In this document: positions 12,175 through 24,445 of the stretch, in pieces
How positions within the stretch are numbered: position 1 is the first letter of the stretch
How the letters are laid out: the number at the start of each line of letters is the position of its first letter
Assembly: GCA_030390025.1 (NCBI GenBank)
Contig: JASTWF010000343.1
Coordinates: forward strand, 248,001 to 312,000
From: Squalus acanthias
Taxonomy: Eukaryota
DNA length: 64,000 nt
Direction: 5' to 3'
The notes under the pieces: model-generated
What the model was told of the DNA's origin: nothing
The model's database searches: none
The model's input: the letters and a program-made list of their open reading frames with translations, nothing else
Position numbers and translations under genes: made by a program

Positions 12175-12704
12175 CTGTGAGGAAGGGAAATAAACAGAGA
12201 AATTATACATCAGGCTGGGAGCAAGAGCAGCAGTTTGATGGAATTCGGACTGAAAGCCGCAACTCATTCGTGACATACAATTATATAATCTAATTATATT
12301 ACCTGTGGAGCTGAATACAGGGTTTATTGGAAGAATAATCGGGAATACATTGTGGAATCAAGAACTGAAATGGGAAGAAATACAATATGAAAGTAACAGA
12401 TGTTTGATGAATGAAATATTAAACGATCGATCTATATTTTGCCCAGCAGAAAAAAGAACCGGCCGAGGTAGCAGGGACACAAATGACCAGAACCTCCCAG
12501 AATGCCTTCGTGTCACGGGACCAGTCAGTTTTTGGAGCGGTGCAATTCGCTTCTGTGCCCCTGTGAAAGGGAGGGGAAAATCCCTCTTGCATTCCTGCTC
12601 CTGGATAGAAAATCAAATATATTTCGAACTGAAAATGAATGCAACAGCAAAATAAAGAAACTGCAACCTTGGCATGCAATAAATATGTAAAATGTACGGA
12701 TGTA

Positions 12705-14920
12705 ATATAGAGTCAGAGAGTTATACAGCGCAGAAAGAGGCCCTTCGGTCCAACGTGTCCGCACCGGTCATCAAGCACAGTCTATTCTAATCCCATTTTC
12801 TAGCACTTGGTCCGTAGCCTTGTATGCTATGGCGTTTCAAGTGCTCAGCTAAATACTGGTTGAATGTTGTGAGGGTTCCTGCCTCTAACTCCCTTTCAGG
12901 CAGTGAGTTCCACAATTCCAACCACCCTCTGGGTGAAAAGGTTTTTCCTCAAATCCCCACTAAATCTCCTGATCCTTACCTTGAAACTATGCCCCTCATA
13001 ATTTTGTAAACCTGAATCAGGGCCCCCCTCAGCCTTCTCTGCTCGAAGGAAAACCGCTCCATCCTGTCCAGTCTCTCTTCATAGCTGAAGCGCTCCAGGC
13101 CAGGCAACATCCTTGTGAATCTCCTCTGCACCCTCTCCAATGCAATCACATCACTCCTATAGTGTGGCGACCAAAACTGCACACAGCATTCCAGCTGTGG
13201 CCTAACTAGCGTATTGTACAGCTCCATCATAACCTCCCTGCTCTTATATTCTATGCCTCGGCTAATGAAGGCAAGTATCCCATATGCCTTTTTAACCACG
13301 TTATCTACCTGTCCTCCTGCCTTCAGGGAACTATGTACATGCACAACAAGGTCCCTCTGATGCTCTGTCCTTCCTAGGGTCCTACCATTCATTGTGTATT
13401 CCGTTGCCTTGTTAGTCCTCCCAAAATGCATCACCTCACACTTTTCAGGGTTAAATTCCATTCGCCGCTGTTCTGCCCATCTAACCATCCCATCTATATC
13501 GTCCTTTAACCTGAGGCTTCCTTCCTCGCTATTTACCACTCCACCAAGTTCCTGTCATCTACGGACTTACTGATCATACCTCTTACATTCATATCTAAAT
13601 CATTAATGTACACTACAAACAGCAAAGGACCCAGCACCGATCTCCGCAGTACACCACTGGACACAGGCTTCCAGTCACACAAAAAATATTTCGACCATCA
13701 CCCTCTGCCTCCTGCCACTAAGCCAATTTTGGAACCAATGTGCCAAATTGCCCTGGATCCCATGGGCTCTTACCTGCTTGACCTGTCTCCCAGGTGGGAC
13801 TTTGTCAAAAGCCTTAATGTAGTCCATGTAGACTACATCAACTGTAGTACCCTCATCCGGACTCCTAGTCACGCCCTCGAAAAATTCAATCAAATTGGTC
13901 AGACATGATCTCCCCCTGACAAAGCCATGCTGACTATCCCTGATTAATCCCTGCCTCTCCAAGTGGAGACCAATTCTGTCCCTCAACATGTTTTACACTA
14001 ATTTCCCTACCACTGATGTTGGGCTCACTGGCCTCTAATTCCCTGGTTTATCCCTACTACCCTTCTTGAACAATGGTACTACGTTATCTGTTCTCCAGTC
14101 CTCTGGCACATTCCCCTGTGGCCAGAGGGTTCTGAAAATTTGTGTCAGAGCCCCTGCAATCTCCTCCCTTGCCTCACACAGCAGCCTGGGATGCATTCCA
14201 TCAGGACCTGGATATTTATCCACTTTCAAGCCCGCTAAAACATCCTCCCTCTCTATACAAATTTGTTCAAGTATATCGCAATCCCCCTGCCTGATTTCTG
14301 TGCCTACATCGTCCTTCTCCAGAGTGAACACAGATGCAAAATATTCATTTAAAACCTCACCTACATCTTCCGGCTCTACACACAGATTGCCACTTTTGTC
14401 CCTAATAGGCCCTACTCTTTCTTTGGTTGTCCTCTTGCCCTTAATATAATTATAAAACTCCTAGGGATTATCCTTTATTTTGCCCGCCAGTGTTTTTTCA
14501 TGCCCCCTCTTCACTCTCCTAATTTATGTTTTAAGTACTCCCCTGCAATTTCTATACTACTCTAGGGCTTCTACTGTTTTTATTCCTTTGTATCTGCCAA
14601 AAACCTCCCTTTTTTTCCTGATCCATTTTTAGTATATCCCTTCACATCCAGGGTTCCCTGGGATTGTTGGTCCCAACCTTGACCTTTACGGGAACATGTT
14701 GGTGTTGTACTCTCTCTATTTCCTTTCTGAAAGACTCCCACTGCTCTGATCTGGATTTTCCAACAAGTTGCTTATCCCAGTCCACTTTGACCAGATCCTG
14801 CCTTATCATATTAAAATCGGCCTTCCCCCAAATTTAGAAACTTTATTTCCGCTCCATCTTTGTCCTTTTCCATGACTACCTTAAATCTCACCGAATTATG
14901 GTCACTGTCACAAATATGCA
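12705..14920 (-). mobile_element. CR1 LINE, 5'-truncated ORF2 plus 3' UTR
   Basis: RT-domain ORF fragments 14035-14331, 13675-13989 and 12976-13539. CR1 3' end near 12710. Confidence 0.93.
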
Positions 14921-15414
14921 AGTGTTAAGATAATAAATACAAGTGCACTCCAGTTATAAAGATAACTGGGCTTTCAGAATGTGTTTAGAAAATTGAACTT
15001 TTACATATTTGTTGAAAAACACAAACTGTAGCTCATTGAAATTAGAATAAGCTGGGATTGTTTATCCTGAAGTAAAGCAGGAGGCAATAGAGTATATCTC
15101 TGTGTCTCATTGAAAGATCAACTGAACTGTGACAGACGGGCATGGGAGCCAATTGTGAATTCAAAACAATGATTGGAAATAAGTGCATTGAATTCTGGTT
15201 GAATGAACATTTTATGAGAGTATAAATTATCCTTATAATCCTACTTTAACTATCAGAAGCAGTGCCACTAATGCAGAACTGGAGAGGGTGGGAAACGAGA
15301 CACTGACTGGAACTGAATGATTAGCGGATATTTCAGGCATTTAAGATGTGGATGTGATCTGCCAGGATTTGTTCCTGTGACTCTGTAAGGAACCATACCG
15401 AGCGTAAGATGAAA

Positions 15415-15552
15415 ACCAAAACTAAATACTGCGGATACTGGAAATCTGAAATGAGAACAGAAAATGGTGGAAATATACAGCGATTCAGGCAGCATCTGTG
15501 GAGAGAGAGAGAAACAGAGTTAACATTTCAGGTCAATGGCCTTTCGCCATTA
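15415..15552 (-). mobile_element. Short Penelope-terminal/MER6-like repeat with decayed hammerhead motif
   Basis: Homologous to 26690-26795 (GTTAACTCTGTTTCTCTCTCCAC.GATGCTGCCTGA). Confidence 0.55.
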
Positions 15553-16562
15553 GGTGAAAAGTCTCCTTAACCAAGACAACATTCTTCAGATCTGATACAA
15601 ATGTTCATCGTAGGTAGCAGACTTAAATTCCTTAAATAAAGGATCACCTCCAATAAATTTGCTTGAGTTGAATACAGAACATTTGAATCTTGGTAACTCG
15701 ATATCAGCTTCAGAATCAATAGCTGACAGCAGCGCGGATGGGATGGGGAATGACAAAGAGAGAAACACAGTTAAACATGGTGGAAAAAGTCGGTTGGTTA
15801 GCAACTCCCCTTAGCGCCTTCGACTATTTTAGCGCCGCTCGCGAAATTGAACAGTCGTTTTGCGCTGGCGCATTAACTGCCACCATCTCCTGCGCCCACA
15901 GATCGTGACGTCATGCGAGCGTGCAACGCCCCGGTAGCACCCCGGATTGGATATTGAGTCTTGCCCCCTGCCTTAGCGCCTGCCGCTAGGAACGACACGT
16001 AGAGGGAAACGTTTTCAAGTCAGGAAGGGGCTGGGGGAGCAATATTTACAGTTTGGTGCTACCAGCCTTTTCGTGTCGGTGAAAGTTTTGGTGGATGCAG
16101 GTTGAGAGGGAAAAAGACGCCTGGAGATATTCAACGCTGACCGAAGCAGTTTGGTGTCCTGAGCAGCACTTTTGAGGTTAATTTTTATTTGACCTTCATA
16201 GTTACCATATTTAGAAACTTGTATTTGGGCTGCACTAACTTGGGGCGTCGACGTCCAGATTCACTTTCGGAGGCTGCAGAGGCAAACATTGCCAGAGGGA
16301 GTAGAGCCAATAGGCCTCTGCACAGGAGACCTTACCCTTGCCAATGGCTGTGCTTCAACAAGGAGGTGGTCACTGAGCTCTGCCACCTCTTGCAACCATA
16401 TCTGCAGCTTCAGCTCAGTACAAGGGCGTCTCTATCGGTGGCATTGAAGGTGACCGTGGCTCTGAATTTCTAAGTCAGCGGTTCCTTTCAGGCTTCTACT
16501 GGGGACACAGCGAATATCTCCCAGTTCGCTCATCATTGTTGCATCTGGGAGGTGAAAAAGGT

Positions 16563-16756
16563 TGTGGTAACACAATACAGCTTCCTGTGACTCGAACTTT
16601 ATTGCATCACTTCCTGTGATTAGTCCAGGATAAATACGGGACTGATCAGTTGAATCCTGGAGAGGCATAGAGTAAGACCTCTTTTGTATGTAGCACCTTT
16701 TTAGTTGATTAAAGCTTACTTTAAGTTCACCACGCGTAAGGCTCATTCTTACGACA
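16563..16756 (+). repeat. 5' LTR
   Basis: TGTGGTAACA...CTTACGACA, direct repeat of 20802-20995. Confidence 0.96.
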
Positions 16757-16834
16757 ATTTAATCAACTTTGAAAAACTTCGCACTCAAACTTTTTGGACG
16801 ATCTCGGAACTAAGGATCCAGGGAATCACCCATC

Positions 16835-17701
16835 ATGGAAAACATCCTTAAACCATCGCGTCTTGACTTGGACCCAAACACCCCAGCAGCCGGTAAGGTG
16901 TGGAAACACTGGTATCGCACGTTTGACAATTTTCTCGAATATTGCAAGGCTGATGATGACTCAAAATTGCGGATACTCATCAACTGTGTCACCCCGAATG
17001 TATTTCAGTATGTCGAGGAATGGGGCAGTTACGAGGAGGCAATTCGGACGCTTAAAAGACTATATACTAAGACACCGAATGAGGTCTATGCCAGACATCT
17101 ACTAGCTAAATCCCAACAAGGGCCGGAGGAATCCATTGATAAATTCCTCCAAGAGCTTCGCAGACTTAGTATGGACTGTAACTTTCAGGCGGCCTCAGCT
17201 GAGCTGTACCGTGAAGAAATGATCCGTGATGCTTTCATCTGCGGGCTTGCCTCCCCATTTATACGCCAGCGTCTACTGGAAAGTAAGACACTTGAGCTTC
17301 AGAGAGCTTATGACATGGCTTGCTCTCTAGATCTGGCAAAAAGAAATGCAGACCTTTATACAGTGCCCAGACCTCGGACTGCTGCCTTAACTACAGTCAG
17401 GCAATTTAAGAGGCCACAGGTGAACTCTATTAGGGAGGACTTTATCCCTGACGATTAATCTGATGACTTCACTGATGAAGAGGATGATGACCCCACTGTG
17501 GCAGCCTCTTGGCAATCTAAGAAATGCTTCTTTTGTGGTGATGAGTTTCACCCTCGGAAATTCTGCCCTGCTCGCAATGCGTTTTGCAGTCATTGCAACA
17601 AAAAGGGTCATTTTGCAAAGGTTTGCCTATCAAGAGCCTCTACGAGGGCTTATCAAGCTAAGTCCTGCCCCGGTAAGGGCCTATCAAGATGTTCCGGCTA
17701 A
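16835..17701 (+). pseudogene. gag: Gypsy gag with CCHC zinc knuckles, one internal stop (17456-17458)
   Basis: ORF 16835-17458 continues in frame into CFFCGDEFHPRKFCPARNAFCSHCNKKGHFAKVC. Confidence 0.85.
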
Positions 17702-20700
17702 AATCTATCGTGCTTCCTCTCGGGTTTTCTCTCGAAGAAACACACCTAGAGTTTCAGCCACTCTTTGTGCAACGACACCAATTACAGCTGCTTGTCCTCA
17801 GAACCTATTCCATGCAGCTACAAAAGCATCAATTAATGGACATACTTTAGATGCCTTAATTGACTCAGGTAGCACTGATAGTTTCATTTGGGAACAGATT
17901 GTTGCAGAGTTAAAGCTACATGTTTTCCCATCGGACCAGGCAATTGCGATGGCTCAGTCATCACTTAATACCAGAATTTCTGGCTTTTGTATGGTTGAAA
18001 TAACACTTAATGGTCACAGGTATCCCTCCACCCGGCTTTCGGTTCTCAAGGACTTCTGTAGTGATCTTATCTTAGGGCTGGATTTTCAAAAGCAGCATAA
18101 GAAGCTCACCATTGAGTTCAGCGGATCCAAACCTGAACTCACTTTTTCTAATATACGACCTCGATTACCGTTCTGTGCATTGTAAGCAGCTTCACTGGAT
18201 GAACCCTCACTGTTTACCAGTATCCCTCCTCGATGCAAACCGATTATAACAAAGTCACGACGTTTCAGTCAGGAAGACCAGTCTTTTATTGCGGCTGAGA
18301 TTTCTCGGCCTTTAGCAGAGGATATCATCGAGCCTTGTTCGTCGCCATGGCGCGCCCAGGTCGTTATTGTTAAGAACCCTCTACAACCTCACAAGAAACG
18401 GCTGTGCATTGACTATTCACAGACCATCAATCAATATACGGACTTGGACGCATACCCATTGCCGCGCATCGATGATATGGTTAATAAACTGGCTGAGTAC
18501 ACGGTGTTCTCAACATATGATCTGAAAAGTGCCTATCATCAGGTACCCTTGAAGGTCTCAGACAAGCAGTATACGGCCTTTGAAGCCAATGGACGGCTGT
18601 ATCAATTTCGTCGCCTCCCCTTTGGGGTCACTAATGGAGTGGCTGTCTTCCAGCGAGCAATGGATGACCTGGTCAAACAGGAAGAATTGAAGGATACGTT
18701 TCCTGATCTGGACAATATTACTGTCGCAGGTCGCAATCAGCGGGAACATGACGCCAATCTCCAACGATTTTGGGATGCACTCCAGCACCGTAATTTGACA
18801 TTAAATGCGGCTAAATCCATTGAGTCACAACCAACCATCAACATCCTTGGCTATTGTGTGGGCAATGGCATCATTAAACCTGACCCTGAAAGGCTTCGCC
18901 CACTCCAAGAACTCCCGCCACCTAAGAATCCGGCCTCCTTGCGCCGGGCCCTCGGCCTGTTTGCATACTATGCTAAATGGATTCCTAACTTCTCGGACCG
19001 AATCCAACCTCTACTGAAGGCCAGCACATTCCCACTGGACACAGCGGCTGTTGCAGCCTTTAACCTCCTGAAAAAACAGTTGGAGAAAGCAGCTCTTCAC
19101 TCCATCGATGAGAGTCTTCCTTTTGTTGTTGAGTGTGATGCCTCGGAGGTGGCGATCTCGGCCACTCTGAATCAGGAAGGTCGTCCGGTGGCATTTTTGT
19201 CCAGGACTTTTCAAGGGGCTGAGCTACATTATCCTCCAGTCGAGAAAGAAGCTACAGCCATCATAGAGGCAGTATGGAAGTGGACTCATCTCCTAGCTCG
19301 CCAGCACTTTACCTTAATCACGGACCAGCGATCGGTCGCCTTCATGCTCGATAATCGAAAACGGACCAAAATTAAAAAAAATAAAATCCAGCTTTGGCGG
19401 CTGGAATTGGCCTCTTTTGGTTACACCATCCACTATCGACCTGGCAAGGAGAATGTGGCTCCGGATACCCTCACACGAGCATTCTGCTCCGCCATGGCAC
19501 CCTCTACGCTCGTAGACATCCATGATGGGTTGTGTCATCCGGGCGTTACTCGCATGCTACACTTCGTGCGGTCCCGAAATCTCCCATTCTCTACCGGGGA
19601 TGTAAAGAAGATGTGCTCGGACTGCAGAGTCTGTGCGGAATTGAAACCTCAGTTTTTCCGCCCCTCGGGTGGTATACTCATACATGCGACCCAGCCAATG
19701 CAACGGCTTAGCATCGATTTTAAGGGGCCATTGCCCTCTTCAACTCGCAACACTTATCTATTGACCATGGTCGATGAGTATTCCCGTTTTCCGTTTGCCT
19801 TTCCCTGCCCCAATATGCTGACGACCACGGTTATCAGCTGCCTTGAGCAGGTATTTGCTTTCTGTGGCATGGCATCCTATGTTCATTCGGATCGGGGCCC
19901 TTCTTTTATGTCAGGAGAACTCAAGGCCTATCTCTCGGAACGGGGTATTGCTGCCAGCAGAACGACGCCTTATCATCCGGTCGGGAATGGGCAAGTCGAG
20001 CGTTTTAACGCTATCATCTGGAATGCGGTACGTCTGGCTTTGAGATCTCGGGGCCTACCCAACCAGCAATGGGAAGCAGTACTTCCAGACGCATTATACT
20101 CCACACGGTCCCTCCTTTCGACCGCCACAAATACGACGCCTCATGAACGGTTCTTCCGATTTCAGCGTCGCTCATCCTATGGGATATCTCTCCCGTCGTG
20201 GCTGACTGCACCGGGACCAGTGCTACTCCGAAGATATGTCCGGGCGTCTAAGAATGACCCCCTGGTAGATGAGGTTGAGCTCACTGACGTCAACCCTACC
20301 TACGCCTATATTCGGTATCCTGACGGTTGGGAATCTACCGTGTCATTGCAGGATCTGGCTCCCTGCCCGCCGAAACATAGAGGGACACCAGGGGATGATA
20401 TTGTACCAGGCACATCTCTGGGCTCGCCAGGTGCCTCTCATCAGGATCTGGATCTGACGCCGGCTGGTACCTCACTCCAGCGTGCCGACCTGGGGCAGAC
20501 TGACTATGATCCCGTCGGGGCTCGCACGCGCAGCCACGATCCACCCCGTACCATACGCTCGGAAACGGATCTGCCACAGCCCTGCCCGACACCCGTTCGG
20601 GCACCAGTACACAGTCAGGATCGTCCTGATCCCTCACAGAGCGGGCCGGATCACTCGGAATCTGGTCCACGGCCCGCGGCGGGTAAACGGGCTAGGGGCC

Positions 20701-20783
20701 CTCTACCGCTACGAGAACCCAAACGGGTGCGGCTCTCCCTCGTCCGGCGGCTACGAAATGGAGGGAGCATCCTGGCCTCCTAA
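17700..20783 (+). pseudogene. pol: Gypsy pol (PR-RT-RH-IN), one internal stop at 18183-18185
   Basis: Same-frame ORFs 17463-18185 and 18444-20783. Motifs DSGS, YDLKSAYHQV, LPFG, DLDN, ECDAS, H..H..C..C, DFKGP, HSDRG and NGQVER. Confidence 0.9.
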
Positions 20784-20801
20784 TCTTTTGGGGGGGGAGA
20801 A

Positions 20802-20995
20802 TGTGGTAACACAATACAGCTTCCTGTGACTCGAACTTTATTGCATCACTTCCTGTGATTAGTCCAGGATAAATACTGGACTGATCAGTTGAATCCTGGA
20901 GAGGCATAGAGTAAGACCTCTTTTGTATGTAGCACCTTTTTAGTTGATTAAAGCTTACTTTAAGTTCACCACGCGTAAGGCTCATTCTTACGACA
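20802..20995 (+). repeat. 3' LTR
   Basis: Matches the 5' LTR at 193/194 positions; preceded by a polypurine tract. Confidence 0.96.
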
Positions 20996-22047
20996 ATGGC
21001 TTTGTATAAGATGAGACGCCAGTACATCTCTCCCCATGACCGGAGAAAAACAGCGCGAATGCGCATGCTGCATTGTGAGGGCAGTGCGCTTCCCTATGTT
21101 TCAGGGCGCCATTGACTGCACGCATGTGTCATTGTGGGCACCGCATGATAATGCAGAGGCGTTCCGAAACCACAAGGGCGTCCACTCTCTGAATGTCCAG
21201 TGGGTGTGTGACCACAGACAGCTCATACTCACCGTCAATGCCCGCTATACTGGCAGCAGCCACGATGCTTTTATCCTGCGCCAGACCGGTGTCGCAGACC
21301 TTTTCCAACCACCCTGTCAACCTAGTGGATGGCTCCTCGGGGACAAGGGTTATCCACTCTGCACCTGGCTAATGACACCGCTCCATAACCCCAACACCCC
21401 TGCCGAGCTGCAATATAATGAGAGCCATAGCGCCACCAGGAACCTCATTGTGCAGACGGTCAGCGTCTTCAAACAACGGTTCCGGTGTCTGGACCACTCA
21501 GGAGGAGCCCAGCTGTACTCTCCCGAGTAGTCTCCCTCTTCATTGTTGTGTGCTGCATGCTTCATAACATTGCAATCATGAGGACACAGCCATTGACACC
21601 TGGGATTGGTGCAACACCTGAGGAGGAGGAAGAGGGAGAGGAGGAGGAGGTGGGGAATGAAGAGGAGGATCTGCAGCACCAGCGTGGGAGGGAGGCGCAC
21701 AATGTTGCCACTGCAAGGGCCGTCCGTGAATGGTTAATAAGACACCAAATCTAACCCCTTATTGAGAAGATGGCTTCTGGCATGAAGAAGCACATCATTG
21801 AAAGTATCCCGCAACCCCTATTGCCGGGCAAAGCTGCAATGAGTCAAATCAGGAAAGATGCAAAGTAACAATAAAAAACAATATTTATGTTACAAACTCT
21901 GTCATTTATTCAGGAGAAACAATTACAAATAAACCCAACAATTCAGGAACTAACAAAACTCGTTCTCATAACATGGAGATAAACGGCAAAACAGTAAAAA
22001 AATATAAAAACAACAACCTCGAACCTTCCCACAAACATTCCTCCGAT

Positions 22048-24147
22048 TTATTTAAAGGTTGCACTGTTGGGCCTTCGAGGGTGATCTCCATCCGCTGCGC
22101 ACTTCCCCCATTCCCACCCTACTGCTCCTCCTAATGTGGCCCCAGTGGCTGCAGCAAACTGGTGGAAGGCTGTTGAATGCTGGATCCAGAGATTACTTTG
22201 ACGGACGCCCTCGACTAGCACTGGGCCTGGAGGGCCCGGCTGCAAACTGCAACAACTCTGCACGGCCGGCAGCAGTCTGGGCTGGCTGTGTTGCAGGCCG
22301 TGCCAAGTGCAATGGGGAAGTGACAGTGGTGGGAGCAGGAATGCTATTAAACTGAGAGAGGACAGCAGCTTCCTGCTCGACCGACACACTGCCACTCCCC
22401 CGAGGCAGAACCTTAGCATCCGCAGCAATCTGCTCGAGCAGAGATTGCTGGCCTGCTGCAGTAATGTGAGATCCCCGGGGGACTGTGGGCGGCCCAGCGA
22501 GGATGGCAGCAGTCAGTGCTTGCGTGACATCGATCTAAGACTGCATCAGAACAACAGCCAATGACTCAATTGCAGCACTAAGCCATTGCTTTGTGTCGGC
22601 CTGTGCTGCAAAGGATCGTGCCACCTCACCCATTACACACGGCTCTGGTTCACCACGGTCTCCCTGCAATTCAACCATCCTCTGCAACGAGGCAAGGATG
22701 AGTTCAAGGGTTTGCTCACAGGTGACAGCTGTACTAGCGGCGGACTCCTCCACGCTCCTAGCCTGTCCATCCATGCTGTTGGGCACCCTTGCCATTGCAC
22801 CCAGCAGCTCAGTGGGCATGCTCAATGCCTGTGTATTCATGGCCGCGAATTCGAGGTCCTCATCTGAATCCTGTGCAGCAGAACTCGCGCGCCTAATCAC
22901 CCTCCGGAGAGCTGGTTCCCGAGCTTTCTTAACCCCATGGCATTGCTGCAGCCCGCTGGGTCTAGGAGCTTCTCCCTCATCAGGCCCTATCACCCTGCTC
23001 CCCTCCAGGGAAGGCGTGGCCCCAGTACCTGATATGTCACCCTCGGGAGACGCAGGTGGTGAGGCATCAGCTTCCTCTTCCTCTTCGTCTGGGGCGTCGC
23101 TGCCACTGGCAGGCTGAGGGACAGTTTGGTCAGCTGGTGGTTCACTATCTGAAACCAGCTAGGTACAAAGGTGACTTTAGTGTGAGGGCAGGGGGGCAGG
23201 AAGGGAGCAAGGACTGGAGACATTTAGTTGGATTGAAAGTGTAAAAGGCTTGTGTTGTGCGAGTGACGTGGTGTGAGAGAGGAGAGAAAGCTGTTGAACA
23301 TACCATTGCTGTCCCCAAGGAGATCGACATCTCCAGAGGCCACAACACCTATGGCCTGGCTGGCAACGATCCTGTGCACTCTGTCCTTAACTCAGTCAGG
23401 GGTTGTAGGTCCGCCGGTCCTCCTGCCGTGCGTTGCTGCTCCCGCCTGTTTTGAGAGAGGTGGGCCTGCAAGAAAAAGGACAGCGTGTATGTGAGTGTGC
23501 AGGCATCTGTGTGGCAGATGTGCCTCCCATAGTTGAATAGCCGTTATTGTGTGCAGGCATGTGTTGGGCAGATTTGCCTACCATAGTTGAATAGCCGTTA
23601 TTGTGTGCAGGCATGTGTGTGGCAGATGTGCCTATCATAGTTGAATAGCCGTTATTGTGTGCAGTCATGTGTTTGGCAGATGTGCCTACCACAGTTGACT
23701 AACCGTTATTGTGTGCAGGCATGTGTTTGGCAGATGTGCCTACCATAGTTAATTAGACGTTAATTTGTGCAAGGTGTGGGATGTGCATGTGTGTTTATGA
23801 GATGGCCATAGGTCTTGGATGAGTGTTGGCCATTTGGGGTTTGTAAACTCTCTGTAGACAGAGTGAAGTTCAGATGGAGGAATGTAGAGTTATTGAAAAG
23901 CAGGTACTCAGCCTGACCACCCGACTGAGGTCGTTGAACTTCTTCCGGCATTGGGTGTGAGTCCTCGGCATCAGGCTCCTCGAGGAGACGTTCTGAACCA
24001 TCTCCCTCCACACCCTTCGAAACTCCCGGGGCAATGGCCTCCTGCCACTCTCAGGGAACAGCACTGCCCGTCGCCGTTCCACAGCTCCAACCAGAGCCAC
24101 CAATGCCTCGTCACTGCAGTGCCAACCCTTTCTCTAGGCCTCCCCAT
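22048..24147 (-). pseudogene. Harbinger Myb/SANT-like DNA-binding protein gene, multi-exon, decayed
   Basis: ATG 24147 MGRPRER (frameshift) ..DEALVALVGAVERRRAVLFP..VW..QCRKKFNDL. Downstream low-complexity and coiled-coil exons at 22535-23223. Confidence 0.7.
23495..23750. repeat. 54-bp tandem repeat, ~5 copies, inside the Harbinger Myb intron
   Basis: CAGATG..CCATAGTTGAATAGCCGTTATTGTGTGCAGGCATGTGT repeats at a 54-bp period (18-aa period in ORF 23396-23692). Confidence 0.9.
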
Positions 24148-24181
24148 TATTTAGAATTAATAACTGGAGATAGATCCTTAC

Positions 24182-24272
24182 TATGACCACCAACTGCAGT
24201 GAGGAGGGGATAGTACATATTTTGTATATCAGAACATATTCCTAATATCATAAACACTTCATCCCAATCCAT
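24182..24272 (-). CDS. Candidate GPCR first coding exon, proximal (MDWDEVFMILGICSDIQNMYYPLLTAVGGH + 1 nt)
   Basis: 30 codons + 1 nt ending at a GTAAG donor (GT 24181-24180). YYPLL motif shared with the distal exon. Phase 1 joins the 7TM exon in frame. Confidence 0.7.
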
Positions 24273-24309
24273 GCCTCCACTTCTGTGAGTGTCTGGTGGT
24301 CTTTGTGCT

Positions 24310-24445
24310 GGGGGCAGCGCGCTGACTGTGTGAGGTGACACAGTGAAGGGAGCTCCTTATTTAGAGCAGAGGGAAATCCCCGAGTGACATCATTAGGCCT
24401 CACTGTAATTGGCATTAATTACAGTCATTGAACAAACAGACTAAC
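24310..24445 (-). promoter_or_regulatory. Putative GPCR promoter block, proximal
   Basis: TATA-like TAAATAAGG on the minus strand (~24355-24363). Blocks GCAGCGCGCTGA, AGAGGGAAA.CCC and CATTAATTACAGTCA.T.AACAAACAG are shared with 42295-42460. Confidence 0.6.

Larger units (their letters stand above)
16563..20995 (+). mobile_element. Ty3/Gypsy LTR retrotransposon, full length, 194-bp LTRs
   Basis: TG...CA LTRs at 16563-16756 and 20802-20995 differ at one position. PPT GGGGGGGGAGAA lies before the 3' LTR. Domain order is gag, PR (LIDSGS), RT, RNase H (VECDAS), IN. Confidence 0.96.
16200..21754 (+). pseudogene. Harbinger DDE nuclease (HARBI1-like), split by LTR insertion 16563-20995
   Basis: Removing the Gypsy element and one 5-bp TSD restores the frame E-V-K-x-A-L-Y. 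Stops and frameshifts elsewhere. Confidence 0.85.
15800..24147. mobile_element. PIF/Harbinger DNA transposon, decayed, with convergent nuclease (+) and Myb/SANT (-) genes; interrupted by a Gypsy element; right end missing
   Basis: HARBI1-like nuclease VALKVTVALNF..GSFQ before the LTR and GAIDCTHV..SLNVQ..GSSHDAFIL..LLGDKGY after it. Myb/SANT-like ORF (VW..RTHTQCRKKFNDL) on the opposite strand. Left boundary approximate. Confidence 0.85.
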
